Positions 8,989-16,301 of a DNA stretch of 38,729 nt are shown here, piece after piece; the first letter of the stretch is position 1, and every line of letters starts with the position of its first letter. The stretch spans positions 1-38,729 of the forward strand of contig JBOGVX010000231.1 of NCBI GenBank assembly GCA_050693165.1, in the 5' to 3' direction. The position numbers and the translations under genes are program-made. Below the pieces are notes generated by a model. The model was not told where the DNA came from, did not search any database, and saw nothing but the letters and a program-made list of their open reading frames with translations. The stretch comes from Actinomycetota bacterium (GTDB taxonomy: Bacteria > Actinomycetota > UBA4738 > CALAEC01).

Positions 8989-10106
8989 CCGGGTATGCGC
9001 GCCACTACAGTCGTTCCCTTCTCCTTCGAGCTCTCTATCGATACCTCCCCTCCCGCCATCTCGGCCTGCTCCCGCATCGTGGAGAGTCCCAGGTGCCCGG
9101 CCGGTGACTCGATCTCCCCGACGACGAAGCCGTAGCCGTCGTCCTTCACCCGGGCGACGAAATGTCCGTCCTCCTCCTTGAGCTCGATGAGGATCCTCCC
9201 CGCACGCGCGTGCTTCCGGACGTTCGTGATCGCCTCCTGGATGACGCGGTAGAGCGCTAGTCGGATCTGCTGAGAGGGCTCCCTGGTTAGCTGGTTGTAG
9301 AGGACGTACGCGGGTTCGGCCTCGTCGGTGAGCCGCCCCATGTGAGCCTCGACCGTGGCTGCGAGCCCTCCCCGGTCGAGCGTGGTCGGGTGAAGATCGA
9401 ACATCAGCGTGCGGAGCCTGTTCACCGCCTCGGAGGCGCTCGTCTCGATATCCGCGAGAGACGACCGGAGACCGTCATCCGTCGTCTCCCGCCGCATCGC
9501 GGAAACGCGCATGGCAAGTGCGGCCACCGCCTGGATCGAGTCGTCGTGGATGGTCGCCGCGATGCTCCGCCGTTCGTTCTCGTGGGCGGCAACGAGCTTC
9601 CTCAGCAACCGAAGCCGCTCGGCGTCCACCCGCTGCAGCCGCTCGGCACTCTCCTTCAGCTGCTGCTGAGCGCGTATGTGCTCGGTCTCGTCTCTCAGAA
9701 CGCCTACCGCGCCAACGACACGTCCCCCCCGATCTCGGATCATCGAGTTGGAAAGCTGGCAGTGGATCGTCGTGCCGTCCTTGCGAACGCAGCGGATGTG
9801 AAGCGTCGGTTTGGGTGGGTTGGCGCGCACCCCCTCTATCATCATTGCCATGTCGTCGGGGTGGATGATCCGCTCCCAGAGCCTTGGGTTCGCATAGAAC
9901 TCGGCGGGCTCGTAACCGAGGATGTGAGCGCTGGCGGGGCTAATGTACCCGTATCCGGGCCCCGGGCGAAGTCGGAAGTTGGTAGATGACGTCGGAAAGG
10001 TTGTCCGCGATCGCCTGCAGGCGCAGCTCGGCAAGCCGAAGCCGCTCCGTCGAGGCGTCGTTGTCGTCCGGCGCGGGCATGAGGTGAATCTCCAGGTCCT
10101 GCTCAC
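8985..10106 (-). CDS. cytoplasmic PAS sensor histidine kinase (HisKA_3 + HATPase_c), reading frame apparently disrupted near 9975
   Basis: H-box HENERRSIAATIHDDSIQ, N-box QEAITNVRKHA, DDGYGF and GHLGLSTMREQAEMAGG are present. The first ~45 codons of this track ORF are Arg/Thr-rich nonsense. The genuine N-terminus (..ERLRLAELRLQAIADNLSDVIYQL) sits in ORF 9940..10179 in another frame. Confidence 0.8.
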   Translation of the reverse strand: MSRTWRFTSCPRRTTTTPRRSGFGLPSCACRRSRTTFPTSSTNFRLRPGPGYGYISPASAHILGYEPAEFYANPRLWERIIHPDDMAMMIEGVRANPPKPTLHIRCVRKDGTTIHCQLSNSMIRDRGGRVVGAVGVLRDETEHIRAQQQLKESAERLQRVDAERLRLLRKLVAAHENERRSIAATIHDDSIQAVAALAMRVSAMRRETTDDGLRSSLADIETSASEAVNRLRTLMFDLHPTTLDRGGLAATVEAHMGRLTDEAEPAYVLYNQLTREPSQQIRLALYRVIQEAITNVRKHARAGRILIELKEEDGHFVARVKDDGYGFVVGEIESPAGHLGLSTMREQAEMAGGEVSIESSKEKGTTVVARIPG

Positions 10107-10422
10107 GAGTGGAGGACCCGGAGCTGAATAGCGTGATGGTGCGGGCGGAGCGCACGTCTCGTCCTTCCGAAGCCATCACTCGGCTCCCGGAGGAGACGCC
10201 ACACTAAGGGGAAGGAAGATCATGGGCGCGATCTGCACTCTATCGACGGACGAGTGTCACCGGTATCGGTAATTCGCCCGAGGGAGATCCGACCCACAGG
10301 GATGGCCGTTCGGACCGGCCATCGGGCTGCATTCACCCTCGATCATCGGGCACTAAGTCCCGGACAAAGTTACGCGTTTCACCCTCTTACCTGCGCGTAT
10401 GCCTCGGGCCTAACTTCGTCGC

Positions 10423-11895
10423 ATGCCCGACTCAAGGGAAACGACGACGATACAAGCACGAGCTGTGCGATGTCTCATCGCGGTGACGACAGCGGCGACG
10501 CTGATACTCGTCGATGCGATGCCCTCGGGGGCACGCTCGAGCCAGGCGAAACAGAAGCTGCCCGCATTCGCTCCCGACGAGATCGTCGTTGGATACCAGC
10601 CCGGAACCTCGGAGTGGGCACGGCAGTACGTACGCCGTGTCGTCGACGCATCAGGCTATCGAGCCACGCCGACCCTCGACGTGATCGAGCTGCGTCCGGG
10701 AACCACGGTCCGAGCGGCCTTGGGTCAGGTCCCCGCGATCCCTCAGGTGTCATTCGCCGAGCCCAACTACCTGGTGACCGCTGAAGAGGAACCCAACGAT
10801 CCCATGTACCTCGACGCATGGTCGTTGGGGCCGAGCAACTCCTCCGGCATCCGCTCCGGCATCGACACCCCGTCCGCGTGGAACCTGACGACCGGCGCGG
10901 AGCAGATCTCGGTTGGCATCGTCGATAGCGGCATACACCTGGGTCATCCGGACCTGGTCGCCAACATCTGGGAGAACGGCGGCGAGACCGGACCCGTTCA
11001 GAGCTCGAACGGCGTCGATGACGATGGCAACGGCTACGTGGATGACTGGCATGGATGGGACTGGATCGACCTCGACAACGACCCGGCGGACATGGCCGGG
11101 CACGGAACCATGGTCGCGGGGACGGTCGGTGCCTCCGGCAACAACGGTGTTGGCGCGAGCGGCGTCAGCTGGAGATCGAAGCTCATACCCCTTCGCGTCC
11201 TGAACGATCAAGGCATCGGCTTCACCTCGGACGCTGCCTCGGCGTTCAGCTACGCGGCAAGTGCTGGGGCGGAGGTGGTCAACGCGAGCCTGACCTCGAC
11301 GTTCCCCTCGATCGCTATGCTGGGGGCCATAACCACCTCCAGCGACACGCTGTTCGTCGTGGCCGCGGGTAACAACTCGACGAACAACGATCTGGACCCC
11401 AAGTACCCCTGCAACTTCGAGCTACCCAACGTGCTGTGCGTGGCCGCCACGGATGAGAGCAACTCGCTGGCAGGCTTCTCGAACTACGGCAGCGTGTCTG
11501 TCGACATCGCGGCGCCGGGCACTGCCATCCTCACGACACACCCCGACGGCTACGTGAACTTCTACGGCACCTCGGCCGCCTCCCCTCACGTGGCGGGCGT
11601 GGCAGCTCTGCTTTGGGCGCGACATCCGGATGCTTCGGTCGCCACGATCTCTCAGGCGATAATGAATGGTGCTGAGTCCCTGCCCGCGCTCCACGGCAAG
11701 ACCGTCTCCGGAGGCCGGCTCAATGCCGCGGGCGCTCTGCGGCAGCTCGGCGACTACGTCCCGTACGACCGCGGAACCGATCGAGACCAGCAGAGGCTGA
11801 CCGGCGATAAGGACGACGAGACCAAGAAGCGGAGATGCCGACGACCCAGGCACAAGAGGAACCGCCATCGGGCGCGGCGCTGCCGGCGCAGGTAG
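10423..11895 (+). CDS. secreted subtilisin-like serine protease (peptidase S8) with I9-type propeptide and polybasic C-terminal tail
   Basis: Signal-like N-terminus. The propeptide is DEIVVGYQPG...FAEPNY. The catalytic blocks are VGIVDSGI (Asp), DDDGNGYVDD, HGTMVAGT (His) and GTSAASPHVAGVAALL (Ser). The protein ends in KKRRCRRPRHKRNRHRARRCRRR. Confidence 0.9.
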   Translation: MPDSRETTTIQARAVRCLIAVTTAATLILVDAMPSGARSSQAKQKLPAFAPDEIVVGYQPGTSEWARQYVRRVVDASGYRATPTLDVIELRPGTTVRAALGQVPAIPQVSFAEPNYLVTAEEEPNDPMYLDAWSLGPSNSSGIRSGIDTPSAWNLTTGAEQISVGIVDSGIHLGHPDLVANIWENGGETGPVQSSNGVDDDGNGYVDDWHGWDWIDLDNDPADMAGHGTMVAGTVGASGNNGVGASGVSWRSKLIPLRVLNDQGIGFTSDAASAFSYAASAGAEVVNASLTSTFPSIAMLGAITTSSDTLFVVAAGNNSTNNDLDPKYPCNFELPNVLCVAATDESNSLAGFSNYGSVSVDIAAPGTAILTTHPDGYVNFYGTSAASPHVAGVAALLWARHPDASVATISQAIMNGAESLPALHGKTVSGGRLNAAGALRQLGDYVPYDRGTDRDQQRLTGDKDDETKKRRCRRPRHKRNRHRARRCRRR

Positions 11896-11900
11896 CCGGG

Positions 11901-12575
11901 ATGGAGGCCGCCACGGGGCCGCCGGTTCGCGTCCTCCTCTCTGACGAGCACGAGATCGTCAGAGCGGGCATCCGCTCCCTCCTCGAGGCCGAGCCCGACC
12001 TCGTAGTGGTGGGAGAGGCGGATGGGGTCCGCAACTCGATCGAGCTGGCCGGCGCAACCCGTCCGCAAATCGTGGTTATGGAGGTGCGCCTCAGCGACGG
12101 GAGCGGGATCGACGCATGCCGCGCCATGCTCGAGTCGCACCCCGGGACCCGGATCCTGCTCCTGGCTTCGGCCTTCGACGAGAGATCGGCGTTCGATGCG
12201 ATACGCGCGGGAGCATCGGGACTGCTCGGGAAGCAGGTTCGCGGCGAGGAGCTGGTCAATGCGATCCGCTCGCTGGCCTCGGGGCGTTCGGTCCTTGACT
12301 CGAGCGTCGCTCGACTCGTCGTGGACCGGATCCAGGGTCGCAAGCGCTTCCGCCGCTCCGAGCGGCTCGGGGCCCTGACCGCGCACGAGGAGTGGATCCT
12401 CGAGCTCCTGGGAGAGGGAAGATCCAGCAAGATGATCGGTCGTGAGCTGGGCCTCGCCGAGGGAACCGTGAGGAACCACGTCTCCCGGATCCTCGGCAAG
12501 CTCGGGGTCTCGACCAGGGCGGAGGGCGTGGCCTGGCTGGCCCGCGAGCTGGGATCGGCCGCCGCGGAGTCCTGA
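11901..12575 (+). CDS. NarL/LuxR-family response regulator, atypical receiver (Glu at phospho-acceptor position)
   Basis: The receiver reads VRVLLSDEHEIVRAGIRSLL...PQIVVMEVRLSDGSG...ILLLAS...LLGK. The LuxR HTH reads LTAHEEWILELLGEGRSSKMIGRELGLAEGTVRNHVSRILGKLGV. ATG at 11901, just after the S8 stop, is preferred to the track start at 11835, which overlaps S8 by 61 nt. Confidence 0.88.
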   Translation: MEAATGPPVRVLLSDEHEIVRAGIRSLLEAEPDLVVVGEADGVRNSIELAGATRPQIVVMEVRLSDGSGIDACRAMLESHPGTRILLLASAFDERSAFDAIRAGASGLLGKQVRGEELVNAIRSLASGRSVLDSSVARLVVDRIQGRKRFRRSERLGALTAHEEWILELLGEGRSSKMIGRELGLAEGTVRNHVSRILGKLGVSTRAEGVAWLARELGSAAAES

Positions 12576-12578
12576 CTT

Positions 12579-13265
12579 CTACTTGCCCGAGCCGTCCGAG
12601 CGCCCGCGGTGGCCGGCGATGAACAGGGCCGCCTGGGTCCTGTTCTCGAGCTCGAGCTTCCGCAGGATGCTCGACACGTGGTTCTTCACGGTCTTCTCGG
12701 TAGTCCCGATCTGTCCGGCGATCTCCCTGTTGCTGAGGCCCTCCGACAGGTGGTCGAGGATCCGGCGCTCCTGAGGCGTCAGCGTTTCCAGGCGATCCGC
12801 GGTCGAGGGAGAGCGGATGCGCTCGAGGAGATGGCCCATCACCGAGGGATCTATGACGCTCCGGCCCTGTGCGACGTCCCTGACCGCCTGGAGGTACTCC
12901 TCCACCTCGGCGCTCTTCAGCAAGTATCCCGAGGCGCCGGCTTCGACAGCGTCGAGGACCTCTCGGGGATCGGCAGACGATGTCAGGACGAGAACCTCTA
13001 TGGGCCCATCTCGCAGCTCGATGCACAGGTCCAGGCCGTTGCCTTCCGGGAACCGCAGATCGAGAAGTACGACATCCGGGGACTGCTCGGCTATCGCCGC
13101 CCGCGCCTCGTCCAGTGTCGAAGCTTCTCCGATGACCTCGATGTCCTCCTCGGGGGTAAGTAGATCTCGGAGGGCGCGTCGAACCAGCGCGTGGTCGTCG
13201 ACGATGAGCACCCGGATCTGACCGGACTCGCTCGGCGCTGTGCTACCTGTACTCTCTGCGGGCAC
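12579..13265 (-). CDS. NarL/LuxR-family response regulator (canonical receiver)
   Basis: IRVLIVDDHALVRRAL, PDVVLLDLRFPEGNG, VLVLTS and YLLK are present. The HTH reads LTPQERRILDHLSEGLSNREIAGQIGTTEKTVKNHVSSILRKL. GTG start. Confidence 0.9.
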   Translation of the reverse strand: MPAESTGSTAPSESGQIRVLIVDDHALVRRALRDLLTPEEDIEVIGEASTLDEARAAIAEQSPDVVLLDLRFPEGNGLDLCIELRDGPIEVLVLTSSADPREVLDAVEAGASGYLLKSAEVEEYLQAVRDVAQGRSVIDPSVMGHLLERIRSPSTADRLETLTPQERRILDHLSEGLSNREIAGQIGTTEKTVKNHVSSILRKLELENRTQAALFIAGHRGRSDGSGK

Positions 13266-13290
13266 TGGATTGAATCATAAGCCTCTCTTG

Positions 13291-13304
13291 GTGTCATATG
13301 ACAC
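13291..13304. promoter_or_regulatory. perfect 14-bp palindrome GTGTCATATGACAC in a divergent regulator intergenic region (candidate operator)
   Basis: Read directly from the sequence. It lies 26-39 nt upstream of the GTG start of the 12579..13265 regulator and upstream of (or at) the start of the XRE-MEDS gene. It sits in a locally AT-rich patch of a GC-rich genome. Confidence 0.35.
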
Positions 13305-14113
13305 ACGCAAAGCGGGATGTCGTACTCGAATTGGCCCGATCCCGGTTGTGGCCGGGGGGCCGCCGACGGATAGGTTGGGTGATGATCGGTAGACGGCTAA
13401 GGGCCGGGCGCATGCGGCTCGGGTGGACACGAGAAGCTCTGGCCTACCACTCAGGTGTCAGCTGGTCGGCAATCTCCCAGATCGAGTCGGGCCGCAGGCG
13501 GAACGCGAGGCTCGCGACGCTCACGGCCCTCTCACGGGCGCTGGGGGTCACCGTCGACTACCTGGTGGGCGAGACGTCCCCTCCGACGATGCTGAGCCAC
13601 CGTCTCTTCGCGTACGGGTCGGACGACGAGTTCGCCTCAGGCACGATTCCATTCCTGGAGGCGAGCCTGGGGAGATCCGAGGCCATCCTCGTGGTGGCCA
13701 CCGCCGATCACATCGGGGTGATGAGGGACGGGCTGGGCCGTGATGCTCGGAACGTAGAGTTCGCCGACAACGGGGAGTGGTACACGTCCCCGCTGGATGC
13801 TGCGGGCGCCTACGGCGCGTTCGCCGCGGACAAGCTCGCCTCGGGTCACAGCTGGGTCAACATCGTGGGCGAGATCGAGTTCGGGAAGCAGGATCGAGAC
13901 GAGGTCGCCGTGTGGACGACATACGAGTCGATCTTCAACGTGATGTTCGCGAACTCCCCCCTCACCGCTCTCTGCATGTACGACACCCGCTCGTCGGGCG
14001 ACCTGCTCATGAAGATGGTAATGGATACGCATCCGCAGCTGGCCACAGACAACACGACAGCACCGAACGACAGGTTCCGCGACCCCGAGCAGGTACTGCT
14101 CGCAGGGCGCTAA
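13298..14113 (+). CDS. XRE-family HTH regulator fused to a MEDS-like sensory domain
   Basis: The HTH reads IGRRLRAGRMRLGWTREALAYHSGVSWSAISQIESGRRRNARLATLTALSRALGVTVDYL. The following part (HRLFAYGSDDEFASGTIPFLEASLGRSEAILVVA ... ALCMYD) resembles the MEDS (DcmR-type sensory) domain. The true start may be the ATG at 13382. Confidence 0.75.
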   Translation: MTHAKRDVVLELARSRLWPGGRRRIGWVMIGRRLRAGRMRLGWTREALAYHSGVSWSAISQIESGRRRNARLATLTALSRALGVTVDYLVGETSPPTMLSHRLFAYGSDDEFASGTIPFLEASLGRSEAILVVATADHIGVMRDGLGRDARNVEFADNGEWYTSPLDAAGAYGAFAADKLASGHSWVNIVGEIEFGKQDRDEVAVWTTYESIFNVMFANSPLTALCMYDTRSSGDLLMKMVMDTHPQLATDNTTAPNDRFRDPEQVLLAGR

Positions 14114-14120
14114 CGCACGA

Positions 14121-14966
14121 CTAAGGGTCCAGCTTCAGCAGGCGGCTGGCGTTCTTCCACAGGATCGCTTCCTTGGCGTCCTCTGATAAGCCGAGCGCGT
14201 CGAACTCCTTGAACCAACGGTCGAGCTCGATGAACGGGTAGTCGCTGCCGAACAGGGTTCGCTCATTCATCCTCTTGCCGGACTCGCGAACCACTTCGGG
14301 GGGCAGGTACTTGGGCGCCCAGCCCGATAGCTCGATCCACACGTTGGACTTGTGCAGAGCGATCGCCAGGCACTCCTGGAACCAGGGCCAGCCGAAGTGA
14401 GCGGCGATCCAGTTCACGCCTGGGAAGTCGGCGCCGACCGTGTCGAGGAAGCCAGGGTGTGAGTAGCGGATCTTCGTGCCGCCGGCGCCGGGGGTGCCTG
14501 CCCCGATCCCACAGGTCCCGGTATGGAAGAGCATCACCAAACTGAGGTCCTCGGCCTGCTTCCAGAGCGGGTAGAAGCGCTCCTCCCCCGGGTCGAACGC
14601 CTGCATCGTGGGATGGAACTTCAGACCCTTGAGCCCGAGGTCTGTTGCCCGCTTCATCTGGTCCAGGGCATCGCTCGAGTGTGGATCGACGGACCCGAAC
14701 CCCATGAGCACCCCTGGATACTTGCTGGAGAGCTCAGCCATGAACTCGTTTCCCAGCCAGCCCCGCCCGGTCACGGACTCGTCGTCCCAGTCGAGCACGA
14801 CGCCGAGAACGTCGCGCTCGCGATACTCCTCCGCCACCTGGTCGAGCGTCTTGCGCTCCGGCGCGTTGCGGAAGTAGCGCTCGGTCGCCTCGAGGTGCGG
14901 CCCGATGGCGTTCTGGAGCCACTCCTCCGTCGGGAGGTGGACGTGCAGATCTATCGCTCGGGGCAA
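14121..14966 (-). CDS. amidohydrolase-2 family metal-dependent hydrolase/decarboxylase
   Basis: 281 aa. An N-terminal IDLHVHLPT (HxH metal motif), then KFHP, MLFHTG and a LFGSDYPF terminal block. Confidence 0.85.
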   Translation of the reverse strand: MPRAIDLHVHLPTEEWLQNAIGPHLEATERYFRNAPERKTLDQVAEEYRERDVLGVVLDWDDESVTGRGWLGNEFMAELSSKYPGVLMGFGSVDPHSSDALDQMKRATDLGLKGLKFHPTMQAFDPGEERFYPLWKQAEDLSLVMLFHTGTCGIGAGTPGAGGTKIRYSHPGFLDTVGADFPGVNWIAAHFGWPWFQECLAIALHKSNVWIELSGWAPKYLPPEVVRESGKRMNERTLFGSDYPFIELDRWFKEFDALGLSEDAKEAILWKNASRLLKLDP

Positions 14967-14972
14967 CTGGCG

Positions 14973-15839
14973 CTACTTTTGGCCGTAGTCGTAGAAGCCC
15001 TTGCCGGTCTTTCGGCCGTGGAACCCGGCCTGGACCATGCGGCGCGCCAGCGGCGGCGGCGACACGTCCGGGTCGCGGAACTCCTCGTACAGCACCTCGG
15101 AGACCGACATCATCGTGTCGAGCCCGATCAGATCGAGCAGCTCGAACGGCCCGAGCGGGTGACTCAGCCCGAGCTTGACCGCGGTATCGATGTCCTCCTT
15201 GGTGGCGAACTCCTCGTCGAGCATCCTGATCGCGCTGTTCAGGTAGTACGTCAGCAGGTAGTTGACGATGAATCCGGCGCGGTCCTTGGCCATCACGGTG
15301 GTCTTGCCCATGCGCTCAGCGAAGCCCAGGACCAGCTCCACGGTCTCATCCGAGGTAGTGATGGCCCGGATAACCTCGAGCAGCTTCATGACGGGCGGCG
15401 GGTTGAAGAAGTGGGTTCCGATGACCTTGTCGGGCCGCTCGGTGACCATCGCCATCTGGATGATGGGCAACGAGGAGGTGTTCGTGGCCAGGACGATCTC
15501 GGGCCTCGTCACCTTGTCGAGCGTCCGGAAGATCTCAAGCTTCGTGTCGAGGTTCTCGGTGGCGGCCTCGATCACGAGGTCGGAGTCGCCCAGCTCTCCC
15601 ATGTCGGTGCTGCTGGTGATCCTTCTCAGAGCGGCGTCGCGATCCTCGGCGGGGATCTTGCCGCGCTCTACCGCCTTGCCCAGCGACTTCTCGATGGTGG
15701 CGCGGCCGCGATCGGCCTTCTCGTCGCTGATCTCTACGTAGGTGACGTCCGTGCCCGCCTTGGCGCAGACCTCAACTATGCCGCTGCCCATGATGCCGCA
15801 ACCGATGACGCCGACCTTCTTTATCTCCTCGGGCTTCAC
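14973..15839 (-). CDS. hbd: 3-hydroxybutyryl-CoA (3-hydroxyacyl-CoA) dehydrogenase
   Basis: 288 aa. Rossmann motif VGVIGCGIMGSGI, plus EAATENLDTKLEIF, ATNTSSLPI, GTHFFNPPPVMKLLEV and DRAGFIVNYLL. GTG start is preceded by AGGAGG. Confidence 0.92.
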   Translation of the reverse strand: MKPEEIKKVGVIGCGIMGSGIVEVCAKAGTDVTYVEISDEKADRGRATIEKSLGKAVERGKIPAEDRDAALRRITSSTDMGELGDSDLVIEAATENLDTKLEIFRTLDKVTRPEIVLATNTSSLPIIQMAMVTERPDKVIGTHFFNPPPVMKLLEVIRAITTSDETVELVLGFAERMGKTTVMAKDRAGFIVNYLLTYYLNSAIRMLDEEFATKEDIDTAVKLGLSHPLGPFELLDLIGLDTMMSVSEVLYEEFRDPDVSPPPLARRMVQAGFHGRKTGKGFYDYGQK

Positions 15840-15893
15840 GCGTGCCTCCTAGGTGATGGGGAGCATCAGCCTACCCGACCGAGTAGTGCCTGG

Positions 15894-16301
15894 TCAGGGG
15901 CGCCGTGAGCCGATCATGCGCCACAGGACGAAGCCCACGAAACCGATCAGGAGGATCCAGGGCCATAGGAAGTCGTACTGAACGGCGTAGTTGACGACGA
16001 ACGAGATGAGAACGAGCGCGGCCACGATCGGGACCCAGATCGGCCTTCGCGCGGGTCTGACGGGCTCGTCGTAGTCGTAGTCGGGGAGCTCGGGGAGCGG
16101 CTCGGTTAGCGCCGCGCGTGCGTCGTCGGCGTCTTCGGCCGGGACGCAGAGCCGGTAGCGCTGCTGCACCTCCTCGAGTTGCGCGTGCTCCCGCTCGGCG
16201 GGCTCGAGCCACGCCTCGAACCCGGCATCGTCGAGCGCGTCCCTGGCCAGTCGCGCCTCCCAGGGATCCACGAACTCGTAGATCGCGACGCCCTCTCTCA
16301 C
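15894..16301 (-). CDS. DUF2007-like domain protein with C-terminal double transmembrane anchor
   Basis: The track ORF 15894..16562 overlaps the upstream gene by 265 nt and has a junk N-terminus. The in-frame GTG at 16301 overlaps the upstream stop (GTGA). It gives VREGVAIYEFVDPWEARLARDALDDAGFEAWLEP...YRLCVPAEDADDARAAL, followed by two hydrophobic helices (IWVPIVAALVLISFVV, LWPWILLIGFVGFVLW). Confidence 0.55.
   Translation of the reverse strand: MREGVAIYEFVDPWEARLARDALDDAGFEAWLEPAEREHAQLEEVQQRYRLCVPAEDADDARAALTEPLPELPDYDYDEPVRPARRPIWVPIVAALVLISFVVNYAVQYDFLWPWILLIGFVGFVLWRMIGSRRP

Noticed and set aside
10254-10784. 176-aa ORF spanning the S8 leader and overlapping the S8 gene out of frame.
   Set aside because: The translation is junk-like (Arg/Ser/Asp runs), and it overlaps a protease gene with clear catalytic motifs in another frame.
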